64,000 nucleotides of DNA from Candidatus Latescibacterota bacterium (GCA_965223905.1 CBDCXV010000010.1:1472001-1536000), one strand, 5' to 3'. Positions 1 through 9,941 are shown, numbered from the stretch's first letter. A program made the numbers and translations. Notes: generated by a model from the letters alone, not told the origin.

Positions 1-2282
1 TCGAGGTGGTGGACGGCGCCGGTCTCGCCGGTGTGTACCTGCCGAACGACGCCGCGAAAGGGCGGGCGCTGAGGGAGGAGGACAAGCCCGTCCTGGAGAT
101 GGAGGTCGCGCAGGCGAACCGTCTGGCTGGAACGCTGGTCGACGCGACGCCGGTCCGCCTGGCGTCGGAACTCGTGGAACGGGACGTGATCGACAGCGTG
201 GTGTGGGGCGGGACGGAGGAGGCGGTGCGCGCCCTGGAGGAGACGCGCTACGGCTGGCTCGCCGCGCCCCTGCTGGCGATCCTGGCGCACGGCGGAGGGA
301 ACCCTACGGGGCATGCGACGACCGCCTGGACGGCCGCGCTGAGCCGGCTCCGGGGCGCGGGCGTGCTTGAGTGTGGATCTATCGTGGTCGAGCTGGTGGA
401 CGGGGAAGAGACCATAGCGAAAGGCGAACCTGCCGCCCGGTGGCTCTCGGGCGACGTGTTAGCCGTCACGAACGAGGTGGGGCACTCCTACGAGGCGCTC
501 GCACCGGGGCTGCAGGCGATGCTCGACCGCCAGGATCTCCTGAAGGACCTGCTGCTGGTGCTGGGTCCGCTCGAAGGCGTGGAGAGACCCTCGCTCGAGG
601 AGATCGAGAAAGCGTTGGAGCGCGCCCAGATCGACGCGCAGGCATTCGCGGACATCCGCAGCCGCTGGGCTGGAAACGCCGGGCTGGTGGCTAGCCGGAT
701 CAGACCGGTCGCGGCATTGCTCGGAATAGCCGGCGATGGGTTTGAGGCGGCGACGGTCGACATGGATCGTCTGACGGACTGGCTGGCCGCCAACCTGCCC
801 CAATGGGATGCGGCGGCGCTGATCACGGCCGCGCGCCGCAGCCGCGACGACCACGCGATGGGGGTTGCCGCGTGGCGTGCGTTGGGCGACTTGGCCGAGC
901 TAACGGCGTGGAACGCGGTGCTGGAGGGGCTGGGCGAAGAATACGAACCGGTCGGGAACCGGGATGTGCAAGAGCAGACGAATGCCCATCTGGACGGGAT
1001 GCAGGCGCTGTCGGCGGCCCTTGCGCGCGCAGTCGCGGCCGATTGCGGCGAACCGGAGCTGTTCAGGAAGATCGAAGACGCAACGCACGCGTTCTCGGCA
1101 CCCGACGGCTGGTCGACGCGGTGGTGGGAAGTCCCGTTCGAGGCGGTGGCGGACGCCCTGTGCGACACCTGGCGGGAGATCGTCGACTCGGCGAATCTGG
1201 CGATGCTGAGGGGAACAGAGACTCCCGGGCAGCTGCGCGACGCCATCGGGGAGCGTGGCATCGCAATAGAACCGGACCCATACGACACCGCGCGCGTCAA
1301 CGGCGAGCGTTTCGGTCGCGTGCTGCTCGACGCGCACGACCTGCACCGGACGTGGTTGGAGTTCCGCGATCCGCATTCGAGAGTGCCGGACTTGCCGTCG
1401 GCGCCGGAGCTCGCCGCAGACGCGTACCTTCGCCGGTGGACGGACGCCGAGCTGTGGCGTCTCGCGCTGGCGACGCTGGGCGACGAGCGGTTCGCCCAAG
1501 CCTGCGGGGGCGATTCGGACCTGCAGACTATCAGGGAGCGGCTGGGCCTCGACGAGGAGGCCATCGACAGGAAACGGCGGGAACGGGCGGAGCGGGAAAG
1601 GGAAGCGGCGCGCAAGGCGAAGACGGTGGAGATCGCCGGCGAGTCCTTCGAAATCGAAGCGATCGACTATTCGGCGCTGCTCCGGCGGCATGCGGAGACG
1701 CTGGAGGATCCAGCCGGTCCACGGGCGAGCAAGGACGAGTTCACGCCGCTCGGTCCGCTTCGGGCCAGAGGCAGAGCCGGCGGGGGGGGGAACAAGGGCA
1801 GAACCGGGCATCGGCGCCTGTCCCCGGAGGAGGCCGAGGTGGTGGGCATCGTCGGGGAGATGCATGCCTACCGGTATCTGCAAAAGGAGTTTGGGGGACG
1901 GTCGGTCCGTGCGAGCGCATGGGTCTCGGAGTCGCGGTTGAAGGTCCGGCCGCTCGTGGAGGGCGAGAAGGACGAGATCAGCGACGGGCACGGATTCGAC
2001 TTCCGGTTCACCCACCAAGGCATCCGATGGCACGTCGAGGTGAAGGCGACAAAGGGTGATGACACGTCCTTCGACCTCGGCATCAGCGAGATCGAAGCGG
2101 CCACCCGCATCGCGAGGCGGCGCGGCAACACTTGGCGATGGCGAATCCTCAGGGTGCGTCGCGCCCTGTCGGCGGAGCCGGTGATTGACTGGCTTCCCAA
2201 TCCGTTCGAGGAGGGCTTCCAGAAGCACTACCGTCTGCATCGTGGCGGCATGGCCGTCTCCTATGCGCGCATACGGTCTTAA
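1..2282 (+). CDS. 5'-partial large protein with C-terminal DUF3883 (NO VEIN C-terminal) PD-(D/E)xK nuclease-like domain
   Basis: Long ORF running from the window edge. The C-terminus has G.vGE..AY.YL, DGHGFDF, VEVKAT and FDLGISE.E motifs typical of DUF3883. Confidence 0.8.
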   Translation, partial: EVVDGAGLAGVYLPNDAAKGRALREEDKPVLEMEVAQANRLAGTLVDATPVRLASELVERDVIDSVVWGGTEEAVRALEETRYGWLAAPLLAILAHGGGNPTGHATTAWTAALSRLRGAGVLECGSIVVELVDGEETIAKGEPAARWLSGDVLAVTNEVGHSYEALAPGLQAMLDRQDLLKDLLLVLGPLEGVERPSLEEIEKALERAQIDAQAFADIRSRWAGNAGLVASRIRPVAALLGIAGDGFEAATVDMDRLTDWLAANLPQWDAAALITAARRSRDDHAMGVAAWRALGDLAELTAWNAVLEGLGEEYEPVGNRDVQEQTNAHLDGMQALSAALARAVAADCGEPELFRKIEDATHAFSAPDGWSTRWWEVPFEAVADALCDTWREIVDSANLAMLRGTETPGQLRDAIGERGIAIEPDPYDTARVNGERFGRVLLDAHDLHRTWLEFRDPHSRVPDLPSAPELAADAYLRRWTDAELWRLALATLGDERFAQACGGDSDLQTIRERLGLDEEAIDRKRRERAEREREAARKAKTVEIAGESFEIEAIDYSALLRRHAETLEDPAGPRASKDEFTPLGPLRARGRAGGGGNKGRTGHRRLSPEEAEVVGIVGEMHAYRYLQKEFGGRSVRASAWVSESRLKVRPLVEGEKDEISDGHGFDFRFTHQGIRWHVEVKATKGDDTSFDLGISEIEAATRIARRRGNTWRWRILRVRRALSAEPVIDWLPNPFEEGFQKHYRLHRGGMAVSYARIRS

Positions 2283-2661
2283 ACCTCAGCCAATGCGCGG
2301 CCTGTGGCGGGCGCCTGCGGATCGTCGCCGCCCTGACCGATCCGGCCTCGATCCGGATCTATCTGGAGGGAGTAGGGCTGCCGGCGATGCCCCCGCCGAG
2401 AGCCCCGCCTCAGCCGCTGTTCGAGTTCGCCGCCTGACTTCCTCCGCGATTCGCTCCCGGCGCCGTGAGGCGTACGGAGGAGTGTGCCCTCAACGGTCCT
2501 CAGGCCCCGGATTGATCCGGATACGGGCCGACAGGCAACTAAACTGTACTGCGAGCTCGGTCGAAGGACGGGCAAACGATCCTCCGGGAGCTGCCGGACC
2601 CTGGCGGTGCGCTGTCCGCCTTGACCGAGAGCCCAAAAAAGGTGCCTCATTTTACCTATAC
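2283..2661 (+). mobile_element. IS91/ISCR-like element 3' remnant with oriIS-like end
   Basis: 2283-2585 is a diverged copy of 7025-7328 (transposase C-terminus ...PQPLFEFAA* plus trailer). It ends in GGTGCCTCATTTTACCTATAC, resembling the ISCR oriIS end (..TTCCTATAC). Confidence 0.7.
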
Positions 2662-2898
2662 TTTGAACGGAATCGAAGCTCAGACAGTCGTGGTCCAAGC
2701 TGGCTCCGCTCTCTGGAGTGATGTCAAGGGATGGGGGGGATGTCCAAAGGACTCCTATCACCAGATGACTAGGGGATACTGGACGTCGCGATCTCGATGC
2801 CAGCCAAGGTCCCGTCCGAGAAGCAAAGCGTCAGAACGATAGAAATCCTCCAACGCCTCCGTGAGGAGGGGTGTCAACTGGAGGTCGATGGGGTCTGA
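2662..2898 (+). pseudogene. C-terminal remnant resembling AIPR-family (abortive-infection/RM-associated) protein
   Basis: Reads LNGIEAQTVVVQAGSALWSDVKGWG, then in a shifted frame LLSPDD*GILDVAISMPAKVPSEKQSVRTIEILQRLREEGC. This matches my recollection of AIPR C-termini; it carries a frameshift and an internal stop. Confidence 0.5.
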
Positions 2899-3162
2899 CT
2901 GGGGATTTCATTACCAACTACGGCATCACTGCCGCATGGGGCGGAAGGGTGTCGAGTAGCGGACATTGCATCTCTATGGAACAAGTGGAAGAATTCATCA
3001 ACAGTCGCAACAAGGGATTCTGCGTTCATTGTGGGGAGTGGATTAGGACGGCAGAATCCAACAGGGATCACGTTCCGACCAAGGGTCTCTTGAACCCTCC
3101 TTATCCGGAGAACTTACCGGTGGTGGAAGTATGCAAACAGTGCAATGGTGGATTCTCTGAGG

Positions 3163-4047
3163 TTACCCCGATTTCACGGACAGTTTTGCGTTTGGATCTA
3201 CACTCTCTGATTGGTGATATCTCTCGTAGTTGACGGGAGACCGTTGTCCCAGGGCGGAATGCCGCCGCTGGCGATTGTACCCGCCTTCCAGGTACTCGAA
3301 AACAGCTAGCCGGGCCTCGGCATGGGTAGCAAACCGATGACGATCCAACAACTCCCTTTCCAGCGTGGCGAAAAAGCTTTCACACAGGGCATTGTCGTAG
3401 CAATCACCGACCGATCCCATCGACGGACGCACCCCGGCCTGGCGGCAGCGCATCCCGAAGGCCAGGGCCGTATACTGACTGCCGTGATCGGAGTGGTGGA
3501 TTACCGAGTGGGGACGACGCCGGTACAGGGCCATGTCAAGGGCATCGAGCACCAGCTGCGTACGCAGCTGGCTCGCCATGGCCCAGCCCACCACCCGGCG
3601 GCTCCAGGCGTCGACCACCACACCCAGATACAAAAAACCCGAAGCGGTGGGCAGGTAGGTGATGTCGGCAACCCACAGCTGATTCGGGCCCGAGGCCGAA
3701 AACACCCGGTTGACCAGGTCGGAGGCGACCCGGCCCTGCCGGCTACGGCGGGTCGTGGAGATCCGTCGCCGCCCGCATACCCCACGCACGCCGAGCTCGA
3801 GCATCAATCGGGCGATGCGCTTGCGACTGACGCCGCGCCCCTCCTCGGCCAGTTCGGCCCGGATCCTCGGCGCCCCGTAAGTGCCTCGGGAGCGTTGGTG
3901 GATCTGCTCGACGCGCGCCTTGAGCACCGCATCGGCCCGAGTGCGACCCGAAAGCGGGCGCTTCAACCAGGCGTAGTAGCCGCTGGGGGACACCTTCAGC
4001 ACGCGGCACATCGTGAACACCGGAAAGTCGGCCTGGTGCGCTCTCAT
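3163..4047 (-). CDS. IS3 transposase OrfB (rve/DDE integrase core)
   Basis: WVADITY, HSDHGSQY and DNALCESFF DDE motifs; ATGA overlap with the OrfA stop. Confidence 0.95.
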   Translation of the reverse strand: MRAHQADFPVFTMCRVLKVSPSGYYAWLKRPLSGRTRADAVLKARVEQIHQRSRGTYGAPRIRAELAEEGRGVSRKRIARLMLELGVRGVCGRRRISTTRRSRQGRVASDLVNRVFSASGPNQLWVADITYLPTASGFLYLGVVVDAWSRRVVGWAMASQLRTQLVLDALDMALYRRRPHSVIHHSDHGSQYTALAFGMRCRQAGVRPSMGSVGDCYDNALCESFFATLERELLDRHRFATHAEARLAVFEYLEGGYNRQRRHSALGQRSPVNYERYHQSESVDPNAKLSVKSG

Positions 4048-4358
4048 GAACTCGTAGACGGGCCGGACCCCGAGTCGGCCTCGCGAGCGAACCAGGCCGT
4101 GGCTTTTGCCAGGATCCCCCGTTCGATACGCAGTTGCTTGTTCTCACGGCGAAGGCGCCGCAGCTCCTCCTGCTCGGGGCGGCTCGGCCCGTCGCGGCGC
4201 ACCCCCTCATCGCGTTCGGCCTGGATCACCCAGTTGCGGATCGTCTGCCCGGACGGCTCGAATTCCTTGGCCAACGCCTCCGGGCTACGACCCGCCCGTA
4301 CGAGCTCAACCATCTGTTGTCGGAATTCCGGCGGATACGGGCCATGTGATTTGGGCAT
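4044..4358 (-). CDS. IS3 transposase OrfA (HTH)
   Basis: YPPEFRQQMVEL..A.EF..SGQTIRNW HTH plus EELRRLRRENKQL leucine zipper. Confidence 0.9.
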   Translation of the reverse strand: MPKSHGPYPPEFRQQMVELVRAGRSPEALAKEFEPSGQTIRNWVIQAERDEGVRRDGPSRPEQEELRRLRRENKQLRIERGILAKATAWFAREADSGSGPSTSS

Positions 4359-5293
4359 GGTTGGACATCTCCTTTCTTTCTCCAAGAAATGAAGTGTCCA
4401 CGAAATCGGGTCAACTCCACTCATCAGACGAGGAGTATCTGATCGCCTTTCTCGGTACGGTGCTCAGTGGCTCAACAAGGCCTGATCCGGTTCGATTTCC
4501 TACAGCTGCTGGCATCTTGACCCGTAGCCCCCTACTGGGAAGGCGGATTGACCGGTCTCGAGCAGTCCAATGGAACCTGTCGGGGGATGCTGAACTCCTG
4601 TGGGAGCCTGAGCTTGACCGCATAGAGCGGGTGATCGTGAAGAACGCACGTGGACACGTTTTCTACGAAATCGGTGAGCCGATGCTTGGCCAACCGTCTC
4701 TCGTATGGTCATGTCCAATCCCGGCAATGGGAACACAACGGGTAGCCCAATACCGCCGCTCTCTGTTTGGCCAGAAGTGGGCAGCAGAATGATGGTGCGC
4801 GGAATTTTCACCTTCAACGATCCAGAAAACGGCCAGAGAGTTTACATTGACGATGGCTGGCAAGATGTTCAAGAAAGCATATACCGCTACGCCGTCGTTC
4901 CGCTGCCGGGCCAAGTGCTGGTCAAGACTGTAATCTATGAGTACCTGGCGACCGAAGTAGCTTGGGATGTATGAAGCGCAGCAGCATTGTGCAACTCGGA
5001 AGCCAGCCACAAGGCTTGGCGCGATGACTTGCAGAGAAAGCACACCCTTTTGCCCTTTGCCAAAGAGGGACTTGGGGGCAGGAGGCGCCCACTGTATGCT
5101 TTCAACCATAGAGAATGAGGAGTCCGCGCTCTACAGAGTTACCTCCCAGCGAAAAGTTCGCAATTCAGTCTTGGCAGGCCCACCAGGTCCTTATGAAAAG
5201 GACCCCCTCTCTCCGCTCCGCTAATCAATTGCCATAGATGTTTCAGTCTTCTGAGAGAGCGCCAGACCCTGAAGACGGGTCGAGGGGAGCCTG

Positions 5294-6376
5294 ATGGCGA
5301 ACACCGCCAAGACAAATTGGGACAGTGAAACCGGCGACTACCGCGTTCCTTCTCTAATCTGGGACATGGATCGCGCCGACGAACTGGGAGGAGAACCGAA
5401 CGACTGGCTGAGCCGCCCTGGTGGTGATCATTTCGTGGCCATGTCTTTCCATTTTTCGCCCCACACGTTCCCGGCAGGGAGCGTCGAGAGCGAAGGTCGG
5501 TTCCACTGTGCTCCTACCCCTTACGCGCTCAACATTAGTCAGGACCCTTACAACAGTTGGGGGGTAGTTGCGCGGCTCAGGAGTCGCCTCGAATCGGAGC
5601 CTCTCCAGTTCTGGAATTGGCTGCCTGGCATCCTTATAGTCGATACCTCTGTCAGATTCACCTTACCAAATCCGATGCTGGCCGCCTACGCGGGGACGGA
5701 ATGGGCAGACAACGACTATCGGATTTTCTGCGGATTCGCTGACGTCGATCGGTATCTGACCATGCAGACGTCTTTCATTGAACAGATGAATCGGTTGACC
5801 GGTCCGGGGTGGGCCGGCTGGCCATACGGAGTACGGCAACTGCATGAAGCCTTGGTCGGATGGATCAAACCCGGAACGGAACTACCGGAGATCGTGTTGC
5901 TTGCGTCGGTTCGACAGTCGGGCAGCAAGATCACCGCACTCGACCCCCGGCTATATAACCCAGGCCCCACACTTGGCGCTTGGAATAGCGCGCCTGCGAC
6001 ATGGGACTGCCGGCAGGCAACCCGATTCCTATACCACGCCAAGCTCATGATCGGAGATGGCCTGCCGGAGATGGCCGTCACGACCGCCATATCCGCGCTC
6101 GAAAACGCCATTGCCGAGGTGCTTAGGTTCAAACTAGCTGACGTGAACAGAGCGGATTACCCGCTTCGACGAACCAAATTCCTATCCAGGTTCGAGAAGC
6201 TGCTACCTCAGTACGAAGTCACTCTCCCGAAGTCCTTGGCTAAGCCTATCAAACCGGCCTACTTGGCTCGAAATAAGATCGTCCATGGCGCCAGTGCAAT
6301 TAGGGTTGAATTGGCTGCGGAGCATGTAGCCAATATAGAGGAGGCGATCGCTTGGCTTTGGGCAAACGTGGATTAA
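5294..6376 (+). CDS. Hypothetical protein with C-terminal HEPN-like domain
   Basis: 360 aa with GGGGAG RBS. The C-terminus has an AVTTAISALE helix and an RNKIVH (Rx4H) motif. Confidence 0.6.
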   Translation: MANTAKTNWDSETGDYRVPSLIWDMDRADELGGEPNDWLSRPGGDHFVAMSFHFSPHTFPAGSVESEGRFHCAPTPYALNISQDPYNSWGVVARLRSRLESEPLQFWNWLPGILIVDTSVRFTLPNPMLAAYAGTEWADNDYRIFCGFADVDRYLTMQTSFIEQMNRLTGPGWAGWPYGVRQLHEALVGWIKPGTELPEIVLLASVRQSGSKITALDPRLYNPGPTLGAWNSAPATWDCRQATRFLYHAKLMIGDGLPEMAVTTAISALENAIAEVLRFKLADVNRADYPLRRTKFLSRFEKLLPQYEVTLPKSLAKPIKPAYLARNKIVHGASAIRVELAAEHVANIEEAIAWLWANVD

Positions 6377-7328
6377 CCGAGTTCCCGGTCGTCGCCGTGC
6401 AGCAGATCGTGGAGACGAGTGCGCGCCGCATCATGCGCTTGTGCACGAAACGCGGCCTGCTCGACGACACTGCAGCGGATCCGTTCACCGACGAGGAGCC
6501 CGTGCTAGCGGCTCTCACCGCGGCTTCGGTGCGAGGGCTCACCGCCACCGGGGCACGCGCCGGCCAACGCCTGCGCCGGGTCCTCAAAGATCCGGCCACC
6601 GGGGTGCGTACGGCGCCCTTGTGCCTTGCTTCGCGCGGCTTTTCCCTGCATGCGGCAACGCCGATCGCAGGCCCTGACCGGCGGGGGCTCGAACGCTTGT
6701 GCCGCTACGTGGCCCGACCGGCCCTGGCGGGAGGGCGTCTGCGCATTCTCGATGCCGACCCTCTTTCCTTCGCGCTCAAAACGCCGTGGTCGGATGGGAC
6801 CCCCCATCTCCTGCTGTCTCCGATGGAACTGTTGGAGAAGCTGGCGGCTCTGGTCCCCCCGCCCCGGTTTCATCTCCTGCGCTACCACAGGGTCCTGGCC
6901 CGCGACCTCATCGTGCCGGCCCAGCCGGTTGCCGAGCCGTCGGCGGCGGACGCCTCGGCGAGCGCTGCGGCCTGCGGCCATCGACTGCGGTGGGCGACCC
7001 TGCTGGCGCGGGTGTTTTCCTCCGACCTCAGCGAATGCCCGGCCTGCGGCTGTCGCCTGCGGATCGTCGCCGCCCTGACCGGTCCGACCTCGATCCGGAC
7101 CTGTCTGGAGGGGGTAGGGCTGCCGGCGATGCCCCCGCCGAGAGCCCCGCCTCAGCCGCTGTTCGAGTTCGCCGCCTGACCTCCTCCGCGATTCGCTCCC
7201 TGCGCCGGGCGGACGGAGGGGTGTGCCCTCAACGGTCCTCAGGCCCCGGATTGATCCGGATACGGGCCGACAGGCAACTAAATAAACTGTACTGCTAGCT
7301 CGGTCGAAGGACGGGCAAACGATCCTCC
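6377..7328 (+). mobile_element. 5'-truncated IS91/ISCR-family (rolling-circle) transposase pseudogene plus 3' trailer
   Basis: GFSLHAA..LERLCRYVARP..KTPWSDGT..LAALVPPPRFHLLRYH..CPACG motifs, stop at 7179. The N-terminal HUH/zinc region is missing, and similarity to copy 1 ends before the oriIS-like end. Confidence 0.85.
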
Positions 7329-7331
7329 AGT

Positions 7332-7352
7332 CCGTACCGATACTCGGTACGG
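7332..7352. repeat. Perfect 9-bp-stem hairpin CCGTACCGA-TAC-TCGGTACGG
   Basis: Seen directly, 3 bp beyond the end of the ISCR repeat. Confidence 0.6.
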
Positions 7353-7406
7353 GAAACAACCCCGTTCCAGGAAGCATGAGAAATGCACCTTATTTCAGCC
7401 CACTTA

Positions 7407-7432
7407 CTGTCCAGTTGACGGGGTACACCTCA
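7407..7432. mobile_element. Orphan IS3-type terminal inverted repeat
   Basis: CTGTCCAGTTGACGGGGTACACCTCA. Its reverse complement TGAGGTGTACCCCGTCAACTGGACAG closely resembles the IR at 3158. Confidence 0.55.
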
Positions 7433-7708
7433 ATAGACCACATTCCCACAGAAATCTCGCCACCCTCCTTGGGAACTCTGAAAGCGCCATCATCAACAGG
7501 CTCGTTAAGGGTGTCTTGGGTTGCCCTAGGATATATTCCTATGGTTACTCATTATGTGGTGGATCCCTTTAGGGAGACCGAGGGGTGGCCGGGGTCAGGT
7601 GAAGGCGCGCCCCCTCCGCGTGTCTACGTCCCGGAAGCTGCACGCCGGGTCATCATGTAGGATGATGCGAACAGGAGACGCTGAACCAATCCCTCAAGGA
7701 GCAATGAA

Positions 7709-8366
7709 ATGATGATAATGATATTTGCAATTATCCTGGCCCTGTCGCTAAGCACCTATGCTCACAACGGCACGGAAGTTCTCATGCACCCTTTTGATAC
7801 TACCTTGACGGACGATCCGGTTATCGATGGCGATGATGACGATTGGGATTGGTGGTATTGGTTCGGGGATGGCCCAATAGAAACGGTAAACTTGTGGCAA
7901 TCGGAGGATTACGTGGATAACCCCAACGACTTCCGGGCCCAATATCGTCTTGCCGTAGGACACGGAGGCGAATTGATGATATTTGCTCGTGTCTATGACG
8001 ATACACTCAAGCAGGAAATCGAGGCTGAGCACAGTTGGGACAAAGGGCAATGGTGGAAGGATGATTCAATCTGGATTTACATAGATGCCGATCATTCCGG
8101 TGGACCATCTTGGCGCTCGGGTGGTGAGGAATGGGAGGGGAATACCTATGCGATGGCATTCAGGCCCCTGTTAGATCCTCTTTCAGACTGGAATTCTATT
8201 TCTCCCTTCATCGGTTTCTACAGCTGGGGTCCCTTGGATCATTGGGCCAGCCAAGAAGAATACACCGAATTTGCCAGTAAAATCGATACCTTGGAGGATG
8301 GCAAACTCACGTACACGTATGAGATTCGAACCCAATTGTTCAACAAATTTGATTTCTATTCTCCTG
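7709..8366 (+). pseudogene. Secreted CBM9/DOMON-like sugar-binding protein, 3'-truncated by IS
   Basis: Signal peptide, AAGGAG RBS, PVIDGDDDDW and DDSIWIYIDADHSGG motifs. It reads into the IS left end and stops at 8377. GC is low. Confidence 0.6.
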
Positions 8367-9941
8367 GGGCGTCTTAAGTAATTGTTATAGCGCAATTCAG
8401 GTGCGTATGTGTATATTTTACAGTAAGTTGCTTTCTTTTTCCGCATCCCCTGCGGCGCGCTCCCCTGATTTCAGAAAGAAGGGGAGCGATGAGTGCGATT
8501 CTCTCTCTGGAAGTTTTTCAGGAGCGGCAGAGTCAGGACCGCTTTCGAAGCCGGGCGCATGAAGCCTTGGACCAATGGCTGGATCGGGTGGAGACGCAAA
8601 TGAGCGAGCGCGGATCTTGTGCGCCGACGTTGATGGAGATCACCGCGGCGATGTCTCAAGAGCGCTCCGGGCTCACCGCGGCCTTGGTGGAAGCCTTCGT
8701 CGAACGCCGCCACGGCCATTTCCTGGCCCAGGAAGAGGCGGCCTGCCCCAAGTGCAAAGGCCTGCTGCGAGCGCGCCCGTCTCGCTCGCGCACGGTGGAG
8801 ACGCTGCTCGGGCCGGTGACCTTGGAGCGTCCCTATTTCTACTGCGTTGGCTGTCACCACGGGTTCTATCCGCTGGACGAGGCCCTGGGCCTGTCGGCGC
8901 AGCGCAAGCAGTGGGACGTGCAGCAGGCCGGGGTCAAGCTGGGGCTGGAGATGCCCCACCGGCGCGCCGCCGAACTGTTGGACGAGCTCACCGACGCGTC
9001 GATGAGCGATTGTGTGATTCACGAGGTGCTGCAACAGACCGGGTCGTTGGACGTGCTGCAGGTGTGTCCGGACGCGGCCGATATCCAGGATCGCATTGCG
9101 CAAGCCGCCGCCGGTCGCAAGTGGCGGCCGATCGTGGTGTTGGCCATCGACGCGGCCGACGTGCCCAGTCGTCCCCAGACCGCCAAAGGCACCCGTCCCG
9201 GACGCAAGAAGAGCCGGGCTCGGCGAAGGCGTTGGCAGGGGGAATACCACGAAGCCAAGGGCTTTCGCTTCTACCTGATAGACGATGAGCGCATCGAGCA
9301 GCTGATCTCCTGGCACCAGATGGGCAACGAACAGGCCTTCGGCGCGGCCTTGCGCCAGGTCAAGGAGGCGGGGCTGATCCCGGAGGATCAGGTGCGCTTG
9401 TGTGCCATCGGAGATGGCGCTCCGTGGATCTGGAAGTGGGTGGAAGAGCTGTTCCCGAGCGCCCGTCAGATCCTCGACTACTACCATTGCAGCAGCTACC
9501 TGCACGCGGTGGCCGAGGCCCAATACGGCGCCGATGCGGCGCGTGCTGCCCATTGGCTGGAAGCGACCCTGGCGCGCCTGTTCTGCGGCGAGGGCAGCGG
9601 CGTGGTCTGGGGTCTGCAGCGCATGCAGCCGCTCTCGGAAGAGGCCGGAGAGGCCATCGGCACGGCCTTGACCTACCTGCAAAAGCGACTGCACCAGGTC
9701 GATTTCGGCAGCCATCGCAAGGGCGGATACCCGATCGGGTCGGGGGCGATCGAATCGGCGCATCGCTTCATCGGCCACGTTCGTCTGAAACGGTCGGGCG
9801 CTTGGTGGTATAAGGAAAACAGCAACGCCATTCTGGCCCTGCGCTGCGCCTTGTACAATGGAACGCTTGACCGGGTCTTTCAGCAGTACCGAGAAAACCT
9901 AAAAACAACCACCGAAACCGTAACAATCAGCTAAGACACCC
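8367..9941 (+). mobile_element. ISKra4-family IS, copy 1 (1575 bp, no TSD)
   Basis: IRs GGGCGTCTTAAGTAATTGTTA / GGGTGTCTTAGCTGATTGTTA. The flanks TTCTCCTG and TTCGAAGG differ. Confidence 0.9.
8489..9934 (+). CDS. ISKra4-family (UPF0236-like) DDE transposase
   Basis: CPKC/CVGC zinc finger, GDGAPWIW, LDYYH and GYPIGSGAIES..RLKRSGAWW motifs. Confidence 0.9.
   Translation: MSAILSLEVFQERQSQDRFRSRAHEALDQWLDRVETQMSERGSCAPTLMEITAAMSQERSGLTAALVEAFVERRHGHFLAQEEAACPKCKGLLRARPSRSRTVETLLGPVTLERPYFYCVGCHHGFYPLDEALGLSAQRKQWDVQQAGVKLGLEMPHRRAAELLDELTDASMSDCVIHEVLQQTGSLDVLQVCPDAADIQDRIAQAAAGRKWRPIVVLAIDAADVPSRPQTAKGTRPGRKKSRARRRRWQGEYHEAKGFRFYLIDDERIEQLISWHQMGNEQAFGAALRQVKEAGLIPEDQVRLCAIGDGAPWIWKWVEELFPSARQILDYYHCSSYLHAVAEAQYGADAARAAHWLEATLARLFCGEGSGVVWGLQRMQPLSEEAGEAIGTALTYLQKRLHQVDFGSHRKGGYPIGSGAIESAHRFIGHVRLKRSGAWWYKENSNAILALRCALYNGTLDRVFQQYRENLKTTTETVTIS

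Larger units (their letters stand above)
3158..4419 (-). mobile_element. IS3-family insertion sequence, 1262 bp
   Basis: TG...CA ends. Imperfect IRs TGAGGTTACCCCGATTTCACGGACAG / TGGAGTTGACCCGATTTCGTGGACAC. 3-bp TSD CTC at 3155-3157 and 4420-4422. Confidence 0.95.
2976..4974 (+). pseudogene. HNH endonuclease-like gene split by IS3, with a further frameshift near 4740-4760
   Basis: N-part CVHC..RDHVP..CKQCNGGFS (2976-3157). Removing the IS and one CTC copy restores in-frame F-S-S-D-E-E-Y-L. The C-terminal VWPEVGSRMM...EYLATEVAW lies in another frame. Confidence 0.75.

Noticed and set aside
5240-5293. TPP riboswitch suggested by CTGAGA
   Set aside because: The remaining conserved TPP elements are absent and the downstream gene is unrelated to thiamine.
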